A stretch of 57,445 nt of DNA from a virus (taxonomy: Duplodnaviria > Caudoviricetes). The stretch is from positions 1 to 57,445 of IMG/VR virus record IMGVR_UViG_3300033182_001174. The stretch is one strand, 5' to 3'. The stretch's first letter is position 1; each line of letters begins with the position of its first letter. Positions 27,101 through 37,000 of this stretch are shown piece after piece. The position numbers and the translations under genes were made by a program. Under the pieces are notes generated by a model. It worked only from the letters and a program-made list of their open reading frames with translations, did no database searches and was not told the DNA's origin.

Positions 27101-30030
27101 GAAATGATCTCTTTTTAGTCGTCGATGGTAATGGCACGGGAACGATTAATTTCAAATTAAGAACAGATGATAATCCAAGGGCTAAGGGAAATGCTCTTAC
27201 TCAATTACAAATTGGTGGTGTTACTTTAAAAAGAACTAGAGATAGAAATAGAGGATTTAAAGAGAAAGAAGTTATAACTGGGTCTGGCACATTTACTGGA
27301 GGACAAAAATATAAAATTGTTGTAAGAGGTTCTTCTCCTACGTCAGGAAGTGTTATTCGTGGAGGAGGAGATAGAATAGTATTTGATGATGATATTGGTA
27401 ATGGAGTTGATATGAATGCAGAATTGACTCTTGGTCGGATAAAAGATGTTAAATCTTCTCCAGTCAAAGGATTAAATCCAATGGCTCTTGCGATGACTAT
27501 CGAGGGACAGGCTGCTGAAGAAAAGAAAATCTCTTCTAGATCTTGGCATCAAAATCCATTTGGAGCAGCACTTACAATTGAAGCACCACTACCACCGATA
27601 CCAGAATCTCCTAGAGTTCTTGCAGAAGGTAGATGTCCAGAGAATCCTACCTGGACAACTAGATTCTCAGGTGGACAAGAAAAATGGTGGCCAGTGACAC
27701 ATCGTCGTGCTGATGGTTCAAGAACATGGTCTAAGTTTATGAATAGATATGCGATCTCACCCATCCCACCACTTGCACAGAAAGGAACAGATGGTTCTGG
27801 TATAGTGTATACTAATAGTTGGACCATTGATGTACCGTACAGTGGATTCCATGCAATGAAAGGAACAGTTGATAATGGAGGTAGAGTATTAGTTGATGGT
27901 CAGGTAATCCTTCAAGGAGGATACTTCTCTGGTGCAAAGTTTGCAGGTAGTGTAAGAACTTTAGAGGGATTTGGTTCAGTATCTCCTAAACTTAAAAAAT
28001 TCTACCTAGAAAAAGGGAGTCATACCATTACAGTTGAAGTTGAGAATCGAGATCATTCCACGAAAAAAATTGTTGAAAAGAAAATCTTTACCACTAAAGA
28101 TTGGATTAAACCAGTTAAGGAAGGTTCTCCAGCTCCAACAGAACTCACAGTTGAGTATAGAGGATTGAATCAAGGGATTACCAAAACAGATACTGGTGAA
28201 AAAAGATATCCAATTAGAGTGGCAAACCCTGGATCTTTGGGTAGAGGACCTACTGCTAAAGTTAAATCTGTTTCTAAAAAGACAATTAAATTTACAGATG
28301 CGGCTTATCAGGATGATACTGATGCAGAGTTCAAAATTTTATCACCATCACCTGGAGTAAGTGCTAGATTTAGTGGGAGTAATGATGGCAACCTTGAATT
28401 AGTTGTTAAGGGGAAAGGAGATGTTACTCTTCAATTGGAGTGGGATGATGACCCAAAACGTAATGGAGAGGCAGTTGGTAACATTAAAGTTGCTGGTGAA
28501 ACATGGAAACAAACAGCATTTAAAGATAAAAAAGGAGACGTTAAGAAAACAATTAACGTAGGATCTAAAGAAACTAAAGAGGTAGTCGGTAAGGGTGGTT
28601 ACATCGTCAATGGAAAGAGAGACGAGGTTAGAATGAAGGATGGTCATGGTGATGACATCAACTCAACCTTTAAAATTGAAAGTTCAACTGTCGATGCAAA
28701 GTTTTCTTCAGATGGTAAGAGAATTGAATACAAAGGGTCTGGTACGATTACCCTTAAATTATTCTGGGATGATAATCCACGTACAGCTGGTGTTGCTGTT
28801 GATAGTATTGCCGTGGGTGGTAAAGTTTGGAATCAGAAAGGAACAAAAGGATCAAAAACTCAGACCATCAATGTAACATCTCAAAGTCCTGCAGAAGCTG
28901 CAGTAAAGGGTGGACAGAAAATTGGTGGAGTCACATATGAAGGTCCTCCATTATTCAACTTTAAGCACAGGCTTTGGAGTGACTTTATGAATAGTAATAG
29001 TGTGTCTCCATTCTTAGGAATTTCATTGGATGAGGATAATGACACCATCACTGGCACAAGAACATACATTTGGAAAAATGTTAACTTCCCTGAAACTGGT
29101 AGATATAAAATTTATTTTCAATCAGATGATCAAGCAGATCTTTTCATCGACGGCAATTTAACGAAAAAATCTAGAGGATTTAGAGGAGATCCAGAGGAGA
29201 CATATGCTGAAATTACCACGGGAAATTATGAGGTAAAAGTTGTATGTAACAATCTTAATTTTGCTGGTCGTAATAGATTTAGAAACAACCCTACTGGATT
29301 TGCTGTGAGAATTTTGAAAGACATCACGGTTCGAGGTGAAGGTCAGTCGTGGACAAACAATCCTGTGGGAATATCTGCTATACTGATTCCACCTCCATGC
29401 CCAAAAGTTATTGAAGGAAAAGGAAGGGTTGAAGATATTATTGTAAGACAACCAGGAAATGGATTCATTGCTCCTCCAGGAGAGGGATTCCCTACGATTG
29501 TAACTGTGAAGGATGTTGATATTACTAGTCCTGGTATTAATTATAGTACAGATGATGTTGCTTTAATTGATGGTATTCCTGTTCCAATTGTTGTTGATAA
29601 TTTTGGTAGAATCCAGTCCATAGATCCTACTGCTGGAGGTTCAATTTCTGTGACAAGATATCCTAGTCTCACCGTTCCATCCAGAACTGGAGCTGGGTTC
29701 AGAGGTAATCCTATCATGACAACATCAATTGTCCCTGAGGATGTATTTGATGAAGATCAAATCCTCCAAGTTACCGATCTGGTTGGACTCAAACAAACTG
29801 GTTATGTCAATGGAAAACCATATTATGGATCTGTTTTTGCCAAAGATGGACAGTTGTTTGCTGGAATTTATGAGACAATTGGAGAACTCATTCCAGTTTA
29901 TGCTACTCTACAAGAGAGTATTGATGCTAGAATTACAACCAGACCTTCTGCAATCCTTAGACAGGGTACAGATGTCACTAGCAATGATCCTAGACTTAAT
30001 ATTCCAGGAACTCCCCAAAATCTTATCTAG
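24181..30030 (+). CDS. Large virion structural protein with PA14-like domains and an internal duplication
   Basis: Repeated F..DD...LFID / GxY.I motifs; late promoter at 24146. Confidence 0.7.
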   Translation: MSFNVFGPTTGKDVRVGYISTERGYVTGLTVLEANQHAFKNPGTQFILTTRDKTRYLNINEVNKLTKEDLLPKNNAAQGTCDGITGLDPSDTKPTPPTVVISGGGGVGAVGNPVIGEDGSLLDIIVTNGGYGYAVPPQVSFVDPDRFGSGVVANATIGLTTTTILEEYTAEDEFEEYNFSPDGSELSGYGSVVDVDGQTIGDWDPTLYTSFEQDPIGIEIARYQQILSEIDNPWWHTRKETPLSVTFLDKTTRVVHEVKHPEWARALTKKKTDTTNTSNTTSTVSTEFTEVEFEIYTQGNRDARQTLTFNFIAEDNSHKLQFKASNYREEKKTKVTKRIKKNTKYKVVSTGSHRGKGTEQGLVAGIGRKPKEIKGNKKGSVIFADFVKSANDNDDLQIRATKGIFTADRLPEKPEGHSTYALTYELKDDSVSKARKTKPSTKIVKTEVDSFMNKYAVCPTSMSNVPGSDYAGRICTFEWEEDFPITGDYIFRGMADNISKVYIDNDIIMQPKHFRGYPLPKDIVKKTIESGPHRIKIDLYNIPILEPKPQASGPQDLTITYHGLNRGSSIKVSEERVYPIKVADRGKLGRGNNAAVKSVSNKTIKFTDSTSQNDTDAEFKIVSPSPGVSAKFRGSNDNNLELVVKGKGDVTLRLEWNDDPRRNGEAVGNIKVAGETWKQRAFKDKKGDVEKTINVGFKETKEVVGKGGYIVSGDKKEVRMKDGHGDDINSTFSIQDSTNNARFSNDGKRLITDGPGNVVLRLQWNDNPKTAGVAVDKIEVGGVVLDQRREKGRVTKTLVVKGSSSSSKSSSNSQSPGMIFNTIDYIKKADRKLWRTNVFNRGGFLNDYGVCPFDTRKVLDDNPYGGTHVIRWEHVTFPADGNYKITVDCDDRVKLFIGNRTGSGAIGIGNGLKDIEEGGDEVIIENGMDKKTYTKFFKKGQYRIRAELYQKPGGRFGFGTDGRAELSARFSKQGNDLFLVVDGNGTGTINFKLRTDDNPRAKGNALTQLQIGGVTLKRTRDRNRGFKEKEVITGSGTFTGGQKYKIVVRGSSPTSGSVIRGGGDRIVFDDDIGNGVDMNAELTLGRIKDVKSSPVKGLNPMALAMTIEGQAAEEKKISSRSWHQNPFGAALTIEAPLPPIPESPRVLAEGRCPENPTWTTRFSGGQEKWWPVTHRRADGSRTWSKFMNRYAISPIPPLAQKGTDGSGIVYTNSWTIDVPYSGFHAMKGTVDNGGRVLVDGQVILQGGYFSGAKFAGSVRTLEGFGSVSPKLKKFYLEKGSHTITVEVENRDHSTKKIVEKKIFTTKDWIKPVKEGSPAPTELTVEYRGLNQGITKTDTGEKRYPIRVANPGSLGRGPTAKVKSVSKKTIKFTDAAYQDDTDAEFKILSPSPGVSARFSGSNDGNLELVVKGKGDVTLQLEWDDDPKRNGEAVGNIKVAGETWKQTAFKDKKGDVKKTINVGSKETKEVVGKGGYIVNGKRDEVRMKDGHGDDINSTFKIESSTVDAKFSSDGKRIEYKGSGTITLKLFWDDNPRTAGVAVDSIAVGGKVWNQKGTKGSKTQTINVTSQSPAEAAVKGGQKIGGVTYEGPPLFNFKHRLWSDFMNSNSVSPFLGISLDEDNDTITGTRTYIWKNVNFPETGRYKIYFQSDDQADLFIDGNLTKKSRGFRGDPEETYAEITTGNYEVKVVCNNLNFAGRNRFRNNPTGFAVRILKDITVRGEGQSWTNNPVGISAILIPPPCPKVIEGKGRVEDIIVRQPGNGFIAPPGEGFPTIVTVKDVDITSPGINYSTDDVALIDGIPVPIVVDNFGRIQSIDPTAGGSISVTRYPSLTVPSRTGAGFRGNPIMTTSIVPEDVFDEDQILQVTDLVGLKQTGYVNGKPYYGSVFAKDGQLFAGIYETIGELIPVYATLQESIDARITTRPSAILRQGTDVTSNDPRLNIPGTPQNLI
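25848..28835 (+). repeat. ~700-bp intragenic direct repeat (~25848-26540 and ~28144-28835)
   Basis: Near-identical SPSPGVSA..NLELVVKGKGDVTL.LEW.DDP..NGEAVGNIKVAGETWKQ..DGHGDDINSTF blocks, also at nucleotide level. Confidence 0.92.
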
Positions 30031-30055
30031 ATAGTACATACCCTATCCTACAGAA

Positions 30056-30688
30056 ATGGCAACAAACCCGAATACTAATAATGATAGAGTCCCAAATACA
30101 GCTGCTGGTGGGAACAACCTGAAGCAGAATTATACTGCTATTAAATACGGGAATGATCATGGATCGATTGCCTTTGGTAAGATCCATAAGAGAGCAGATG
30201 TTACATCAGATATTATGCTTCAAGCATCTGATGGTGAACACTTCATGTCCATGGATAAGGATGGACAAAGACCTGGATGGACAACATTCATGGGTCCTGG
30301 ATGTTTTCAAGTTGAGGCTGGTAGCAATAGGGAGGAAGACCAAGATACAGTAATGATCAATGCCAAGAATGGTAATATTGACATTATTGCAACAAATGGT
30401 AAAATAAGATTGCAAGCCAATGATATTGAGTTAGTTGCATTTCATAGTGATACCAATAAAGGTAACATCAAAATGGAAGCCACAGAAAATATTTCTGGGC
30501 AAGCAAAGAAGATTCAATTCTCTTCAAAAAATAACACTAAAATTCTATCGGCAGGAATAACAGAGTGTATTGGCAATAGTTGTTTAAAGTTGTATGGTTC
30601 AGTGATTCGTGGTGTCAGTGACGCAGTTGCAGTTAAGGATTCTAAAGTTGCTGGTCAAAGATATCAACAACAACAAAATCAAGCATAA
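30056..30688 (+). CDS. gp5-C-like beta-helical spike protein
   Basis: Repeating I.A.NG.I.I strands; position in the baseplate cluster. Confidence 0.55.
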   Translation: MATNPNTNNDRVPNTAAGGNNLKQNYTAIKYGNDHGSIAFGKIHKRADVTSDIMLQASDGEHFMSMDKDGQRPGWTTFMGPGCFQVEAGSNREEDQDTVMINAKNGNIDIIATNGKIRLQANDIELVAFHSDTNKGNIKMEATENISGQAKKIQFSSKNNTKILSAGITECIGNSCLKLYGSVIRGVSDAVAVKDSKVAGQRYQQQQNQA

Positions 30689-30697
30689 GGAGTAGAG

Positions 30698-31465
30698 ATG
30701 TCATTTAATTTAGACGATGCCAATGTTGGTGGTCAGATAAAAGTAGGAACTGGCATCTTCCCGGCTATTGGTGAAGGTGTCACAAGAGTAAATGGATCGG
30801 CAGGCATAGAGGGTCCTGTGGTGATGGGGAATCCAACAACTTTCCCATTCCCATATGCGACTGTCAATATTGCACCTCTTACTAATAGTGATAATAAGAT
30901 TGGACCAATTATTCCTGGGGCATTGTGCTCAGGTGTAAACAATCCTTATTCTTTAGCAGTGAGTGGATCTGCTGCTTTCATGGGACCTCTTGACACTGCG
31001 GTGAACATTGGATGTGGTGGAAATGTTCTTGCACAAGGACATGTGATTTCCAATTGTGGTGGTCATGTTCTTGCTGCAAAGAAAGATTTTGATATCAAGC
31101 ACCCATCTAGAGAGGGGTGGAGACTTCGTTATGTTGCACCTGAAGCACCCACTGCTGATGTTTATTATAGGGGTAGGGTTGTAAACAAAAAGGAAATTGT
31201 TCTTCCATTGTATTGGAAAGATTTGGTTGACTGGACTACAATTACTGTCAATCTCACTCCGATTGGGGCACATCAAGATGTAATTGTTAAGAGAATTGAT
31301 GAGGAAAAGGTATATCTTCAAGCACAAGGAGGTATGCCAATTAATTGCTTCTTCCACATTTATGGGGAGAGACAAGATTGTGAAAGAAATATCGCAGAAT
31401 ATGAAGGTGAGTCACCCGCCGATTATCCAGGTGACAACTCAGAATACTTACAATCTGGAGGTTGA
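30698..31465 (+). CDS. Structural protein with C-terminal intramolecular-chaperone-like domain
   Basis: KDFDIKHPS..GWRLRY..PEAP...VYYRG. Confidence 0.65.
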   Translation: MSFNLDDANVGGQIKVGTGIFPAIGEGVTRVNGSAGIEGPVVMGNPTTFPFPYATVNIAPLTNSDNKIGPIIPGALCSGVNNPYSLAVSGSAAFMGPLDTAVNIGCGGNVLAQGHVISNCGGHVLAAKKDFDIKHPSREGWRLRYVAPEAPTADVYYRGRVVNKKEIVLPLYWKDLVDWTTITVNLTPIGAHQDVIVKRIDEEKVYLQAQGGMPINCFFHIYGERQDCERNIAEYEGESPADYPGDNSEYLQSGG

Positions 31466-31467
31466 TC

Positions 31468-32130
31468 ATGGCAGGAAAATTTGTAAAAGCAGAATCTGGG
31501 AAAGATTGTGATAAAAAGCCGGGTGGTTGGGGTGAACCAATGGCTGACTATGAATACATTTGGTATGGAAATAAGGATGAAAAAACTTATCCCGAAGAAG
31601 CATGTCAACCATACTATCATGTCTCAGCACAGATTGATAATCTGAGACTCAATACTTTGATGGATGGTGATGGTAGTATCACTTTGGCAGGACCCATCAC
31701 CAGTACCAATGAAGTGACTGCTGCAGGGATCACATTGACCTCTAGAAAACCATTCGATATTCCTCACCCAACCAAAGAAGGGTATCGTCTTCGTCATGTA
31801 TGTCTAGAGGGACCAGAATCTGGTGTCTATTACAGAGGTAGATTGACAGGTAAGAATGTCATTGAACTGCCTGAGTATTGGAGGGGACTGGTTGATCCAG
31901 AGACAATCACAGTAACTCTGACGCAGATTAAAACGTCTCAAGATCTTGTGGTCGATGCTATTGAATGGGGAAGTAGAATCAAAGTCAAATCTGGAAATGG
32001 AAATGACATTGATTGTTTTTATCTTGTTCATGCAGAGAGAGCAGACGGAGAAAAACTAATCGTAGAGTATGAAGGACAATCATCTGATGATTATCCTGGT
32101 GACAATTCAATTTACAGTATCAATAAGTAG
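31468..32130 (+). CDS. Structural protein with C-terminal intramolecular-chaperone-like domain (paralog)
   Basis: KPFDIPHPTKEGYRLRHVCLEGPESGVYYRG; GGAGG RBS. Confidence 0.65.
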   Translation: MAGKFVKAESGKDCDKKPGGWGEPMADYEYIWYGNKDEKTYPEEACQPYYHVSAQIDNLRLNTLMDGDGSITLAGPITSTNEVTAAGITLTSRKPFDIPHPTKEGYRLRHVCLEGPESGVYYRGRLTGKNVIELPEYWRGLVDPETITVTLTQIKTSQDLVVDAIEWGSRIKVKSGNGNDIDCFYLVHAERADGEKLIVEYEGQSSDDYPGDNSIYSINK

Positions 32131-32140
32131 GAGATAGATC

Positions 32141-32467
32141 ATGGCAAAGCGTTTTTATTTTATTGATGATAGTGTCGCAGCAGGACAAAATACAGTTGTT
32201 GCTATTGAGAACGAATCAGGAACATTTGGTATCGGTGCAACAACAACATTAGAACCAGATAATTTAGGTGTTGGCAATTCTCTCACTGTTGGTGTAGGAG
32301 TAACAGTGCAAGGTGGTATCGTTACCGCAACTGGTGGGTTCATCAGTGGAGTTAGTACAGATGGATTGTTGGGTGTCTCAACGACACCCATTCACATCAC
32401 TTTGGAGGGCAATGTGCTCTCTTTTGCTGCAGTGGGTATTGGGTCCACCTTCTTCACTCTTGCTTGA
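32141..32467 (+). CDS. Small fibre-like structural protein
   Basis: GIVTAT/GIGST repeats shared with the tail fibre genes. Confidence 0.6.
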   Translation: MAKRFYFIDDSVAAGQNTVVAIENESGTFGIGATTTLEPDNLGVGNSLTVGVGVTVQGGIVTATGGFISGVSTDGLLGVSTTPIHITLEGNVLSFAAVGIGSTFFTLA

Positions 32468-32492
32468 CATTGAGTCCAGGACACCCTATAAT
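32464..32492 (+). promoter_or_regulatory. Sigma70-type promoter
   Basis: Perfect TTGACA-17 bp-TATAAT. Confidence 0.9.
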
Positions 32493-32515
32493 AAGCAGGT
32501 AATCAAACGAACCCC

Positions 32516-32713
32516 ATGCAAGACGAGTACCTGACCCGATGTGTCGTGGATCCTGTGTCCCGTAAGTTCTTTCTTTATTCTAATGAAGGTGAAGAACGTG
32601 TAGTAGATTGTGACACCGTGGATCAGTTCATGGCAGTGCTTGAACTGTGTCGTGACAACCTTGATGAAGACACACTTGCGTATGCCGATCCCCTGACCAA
32701 AAACGAACTTTAA
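32516..32713 (+). CDS. Conserved cyanophage hypothetical protein
   Basis: First ORF after a strong promoter. Confidence 0.75.
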   Translation: MQDEYLTRCVVDPVSRKFFLYSNEGEERVVDCDTVDQFMAVLELCRDNLDEDTLAYADPLTKNEL

Positions 32714-32770
32714 TTCCATTTTTGGGGGAAAAAAATCCCGGCAAATTTTTGACCCTATTACTTTTTTATG
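32714..32770 (+). repeat. Intergenic hairpin element, copy 2
   Basis: GGGGGAAAAAAAT-CCCGGCA-AATTTTTGACCC followed by TATTACTTTTTTATG. Confidence 0.7.
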
Positions 32771-32831
32771 AATCATTATTGGTGGTCTAACAACCCAAAC
32801 TTTTACAAAGAAATTCTAAAGTGTTACGAGT

Positions 32832-32987
32832 ATGAGACCAGAAACCCGACAATCTATGGAAATGTTATTCGCAGCGAAGTGGAATTTACCCAAAGCAGCA
32901 AAGAATGCTGGTCTGACCAACAAGGAGATGAAAATCACCTTTAACGAATATTGTGCATTTCACCCTGCTACCTATGAGACTGAATAA
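32832..32987 (+). CDS. Small putative HTH protein
   Basis: 51 aa MRPETRQSMEMLFAAKWNLPKAAKNAGLT..., Fis-type HTH pattern. Confidence 0.65.
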   Translation: MRPETRQSMEMLFAAKWNLPKAAKNAGLTNKEMKITFNEYCAFHPATYETE

Positions 32988-33264
32988 TCTTAAAATCTAC
33001 TGTCAGACCGAAGAAGACCAATCTAACGTATTTGACTTTCTCTTTTGTGAATATCAAAATGACATCAAATACTGTACTTGGGAACCTGATGGTGATGACG
33101 AGAATCCAGGAACTTGGGGAATGTTCATTGATGATTTCCCACCCGAACTTTGGGACAAAATGATCAATTATCTAGAAAGTGAAGATTCTTGGGTTCTTGA
33201 AGAGACGGTAGAAATGGCATTGGATGATGATGACAATAATGTCTACAAGGAATATTATCCTTGA
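32974..33264 (+). CDS. Acidic hypothetical protein
   Basis: ORF with ATG at 32974 overlapping the upstream gene. Confidence 0.65.
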   Translation: MRLNNLKIYCQTEEDQSNVFDFLFCEYQNDIKYCTWEPDGDDENPGTWGMFIDDFPPELWDKMINYLESEDSWVLEETVEMALDDDDNNVYKEYYP

Positions 33265-33270
33265 TTTTTT

Positions 33271-33355
33271 GGGAGTGTGGCGGAATCGGTAGACGCACCA
33301 GACTTAAAATCTGTTGATTGTAAAGATCGTGGGGGTTCAAATCCCCCCACTCCCA
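33271..33355 (+). tRNA. tRNA-Leu(UAA)
   Basis: GGGAGTG/CACTCCC acceptor stem, anticodon TAA (33305-33307), long variable arm, GGTTCAAATCC T-arm. Confidence 0.95.
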
Positions 33356-33397
33356 TTACCCCACTAAATAAAGTTGGGGTTTCTCAATGGTATTCTA

Positions 33398-33673
33398 ATG
33401 AAATACCAAATAACTACAGAATACGCCTGGTACGACACACCTGAAGGTAGTAAGGTGATTTTAACGTATTTCATACAGAATGTTCCATTTACATTCGATG
33501 AAATGCCTGAAATAGCAAGAAACCTGCCAGAAGTGGAGATGGCAGCTAACGATAATAAACGGTGGACTCCTGAAGAAATGTATAAGGCAAGTATGTACCT
33601 TATGTACGAAGAAGCACACCCTATGATGTTTGAGTTAGAAGTAGACCGACCAGAACTGTTACCTGTAGATTGA
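33398..33673 (+). CDS. Conserved hypothetical protein
   Basis: ORF after TAAATA (33365); YFIQNVPFTFDE, EEAHP motifs. Confidence 0.7.
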   Translation: MKYQITTEYAWYDTPEGSKVILTYFIQNVPFTFDEMPEIARNLPEVEMAANDNKRWTPEEMYKASMYLMYEEAHPMMFELEVDRPELLPVD

Positions 33674-33674
33674 T

Positions 33675-33748
33675 GCCAACTTAGCTCAGCTGGATAGAGC
33701 AGGGTTTTTGTAAAGCTCAGGTCATCGGTTCAAGTCCGATAGTTGGCT
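33675..33748 (+). tRNA. tRNA-Thr(UGU)
   Basis: GCCAACT/AGTTGGC acceptor stem, anticodon loop TT-TGT-AA, GGTTCAAGTCC T-arm. Confidence 0.95.
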
Positions 33749-33764
33749 TATTAAGGAGGAAAAA

Positions 33765-33935
33765 ATGGTTATAAATCTTTGGTATAATAAGTGTATGAAA
33801 GAGTGGCGATGGACACTTACAGAAACAGGTCTTATGGATCAACACTCTGGAACCAGAGAAAAACTTCGTGATGCCATGAATGATGTTGCAAACACGGTCG
33901 AATACATACTTGACAACGAGTTAAAAGAAGAGTAA
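33765..33935 (+). CDS. Small hypothetical protein
   Basis: 56 aa MVINLWYNKCMKEWRWTL... with AAGGAGG RBS (not in the ORF track). Confidence 0.75.
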   Translation: MVINLWYNKCMKEWRWTLTETGLMDQHSGTREKLRDAMNDVANTVEYILDNELKEE

Positions 33936-33938
33936 TAT
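33910..33938 (+). promoter_or_regulatory. Sigma70-type promoter
   Basis: TTGACA-17 bp-TAATAT. Confidence 0.7.
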
Positions 33939-33944
33939 ATAAAG

Positions 33945-33994
33945 GTGTGAAGGAAGTGCGAAAAGGGTGACCCTATATTGGGTTGCCCTTTTTT
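33945..33994 (+). ncRNA. Putative ~50-nt sRNA ending in an intrinsic terminator
   Basis: GTGTGAAGGAAGTG head, then AAAAGGGTGACCC-TATATT-GGGTTGCCCTTTTTT hairpin; no ORF between promoter and terminator. Confidence 0.55.
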
Positions 33995-34036
33995 CGTTTG
34001 ATAAATAATCCATAACAGAACTTATAGTGTAATAAG

Positions 34037-37000
34037 ATGGGTCTTTCCAGATTAGATAATTTTCTGAAGTCTTCGCGTGGTACTATTCTTTATGTTGATC
34101 CTAACAGTCTTGATGCGACTGATAGCATAGAAAATAGAGGAAATTCATTAACACGTCCTTTTAAAACTATTCAACGTGCCTTGGTGGAGGCAGCAAGATT
34201 TTCCTATCAGAGAGGACTGAATAATGATAGATTTGGTAAGACGACCGTCTTGCTGTATCCAGGTGACCATGTAGTTGATAATAGACCTGGATGGATACCA
34301 GATGGAGCAAATAATTTTAGATTGAGGGATGGTTCTACCTCTACAGATTTGACTCCATTTGATCTGACTTCTAATTTTGACTTACAAACAACAGATAATG
34401 AACTCTATAAGCTTAATAGTATACATGGTGGAGTAATTCTTCCCAGAGGTACATCTATTGTTGGTCTTGATCTTCGTAAAACAAAGATTAGACCAAAATA
34501 TGTTCCAGACCCAACTAATAACAATATTGAAAGGGGTGCATTATTCCGTATTACTGGTGGATGTTATCTTTGGCAGTTCTCCATGTTTGACGGAGATCCA
34601 AATGGGGTTGTTTATAAAGATTACACTGCAAACACTTTTGTTCCTAACTTTTCTCACCATAAACTCACCTGTTTTGAATATGCAGATGGTCTGAATGGTG
34701 TATCTGTCAACGATGTTTTCCAAACATACACTACGTCCAGAACGGATCTGGATATGTATTATGAGAAAGTTGGAATAGTATATGGTCAATCTTCAGGTCG
34801 TCCCATTGAACCTGATTATCCTTCAACTTCACTAGATATTCAACCTAAGATTGACGAATATCGTATTGTTGGATCAACAGGTGCTAGTGTGGGCATTTCC
34901 AGCATTAAAGCAGGAAATGGTGTCACTCCAACCACCACGATCACAGTAACTACCACTAGTGCTGTTCCTGGATTGGATGTTGATACTCCTTTCCAAGTAA
35001 GTGGAATTAGTGCATCAGGATATGACGGTAAGTTTGTTGTATCTGAAAAAGTAAGTGATACAGAGATTAAATATACAGTTCAAAATGCTCCCGCAGTAGC
35101 ACTTCCAACTGCAACTGGATCTACACTGGCACTTTCATCTGATACTGTAACTGGTGCATCTCCATACATCTTCAACATCTCTCTGAGATCTGTCTTCGGT
35201 ATGTGTGGTATGCACGCTGATGGATCTAAGGCAACTGGATTTAAATCCATGGTTGTTGCCCAGTTTACTGGTATTGGATTACAAAAAGATGATGCTGCAT
35301 TTGTAAAATATAATGAAAATACACCACCAACAGGTAATTATGATGATAATACTGTTTCTGGTAATGAAAACCTTAGTAGCAATTCAAAAGCACGATATAA
35401 ACCATCTTACAGAAACTTCCACGTAAAGGTATCAAATAATTCCTTCATTCAGGCAGTTTCGATCTTTGCTATTGGATTCTCTGAGCATTTTGTAACGGAG
35501 AATGGTGGTGACATTTCACTGACCAACTCAAACTCCAACTTTGGTGCAAATGCTCTAACCTCTGTTGGTTTTAGAACTGATGCATTTTCTCAGGATGATA
35601 TTGGATATATTACACATATTATTCCACCTAAAGAAGTTTCTTTAACAGAATCTGCTATTGAATTTGATGCGATTGACGTAACAAAAACCGACTCTGTTGC
35701 TGGTGTTGGATCAACTGGAAATCTTTATCTCCTCAATAGATCTAATGTGGATCTTCCACCAGAAAACGTAATCGAAGGTTATAGAATTGGTGCAAGATCT
35801 GAAGATAAATTAAAAGTTTTAATTAATGAAGGTGGCACTACAACAGAGCATTTTGCTCGTATTGTCATGCCTGACAATACAGAATCACCTTCTAAGAGTG
35901 CTGAAAAGTCCTTTAAGGTTAATAGAAGTATTGCTGGTATCAATAGTATTGGTCAGTATAGTGATGGCAGTAAGACAAATCAAATAACATTAACTGAGGC
36001 ACATAACTTCTTAAATGGAGAATCTGTCAGAGTCATTGGTGATACTGGACAGATTCCTGATGGATTAACTCCAAATACAATATTCTATGCGATTACAACA
36101 TCAACTGGTATTACTACCAACACAAATATTAAACTTGCAAAAACTTTAAATGATGCAATCAATGATAGTGCAATTAATATTAACGAAAAAGGTGGTGCTT
36201 TAAGAGTTGTTAGTAGAGTTTCTGATAAAAACGCAGGAGATCTTGGTCACCCAATTCAATATGATACTACTAATAGTCAGTGGTATGTTAAAGTTTCTGG
36301 GGCTTCCACTGAAAACTCAATTTATAGAACAATTGTTTCTCTGGGCACGACTGCCCTTGGATCTGCCACACCAAGAACCTTCATCAATAGAAGAACCGAT
36401 GCAAGATCTGGTTTAGATAAAACATATAGAATGAGATATGTCATTCCTTCTAATGTTGGGGGAGCTGTTGGTAGACCTCCTGTTGAAGGATTCATCATTC
36501 AAGAATCAAACACATCTATTGGTTCAACTGATGGTGAGATTCAAACTTACTTCGGTAGTGGGGATCTTGCAAACATTAATCAGCAGAGAAACTTTAGATT
36601 CATTGCTGATGCAAATTGGTCTTCTGCAACAGCTAACATTATTACAGAACTCCCACATAATCTGAAGATTGGTTCTCAAGTTGAAATTAACAATATCATC
36701 AGTACGGGTAATACCGCAGGAGTGGGCAACTCTGGATTCAATGGAATCTTTAATGTCACTGGTATTGCTAGTGCAAAACAATTTAGCGTTGGATTGACAA
36801 CGAATCCTGGAACCTTTGATACTAACACTTCCAATAGAACAACAGATTTACCATATTACAAACGTAAGAAGTATTCTGATACTTATTATGTGTATAGACT
36901 TTCTGAAGCTCAGAAGTATATCACTGGAGAGCAAGATGGTGTATACTACATTAGTGTTCTTAACGCATCAAATACACCAACAGTAGCACCATTTACTGCT

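Noticed and set aside
25848-28835. Repeat pair as a possible diversity-generating retroelement TR/VR
   Set aside because: No reverse transcriptase in the window; both copies are in-frame coding and differences are not adenine-specific
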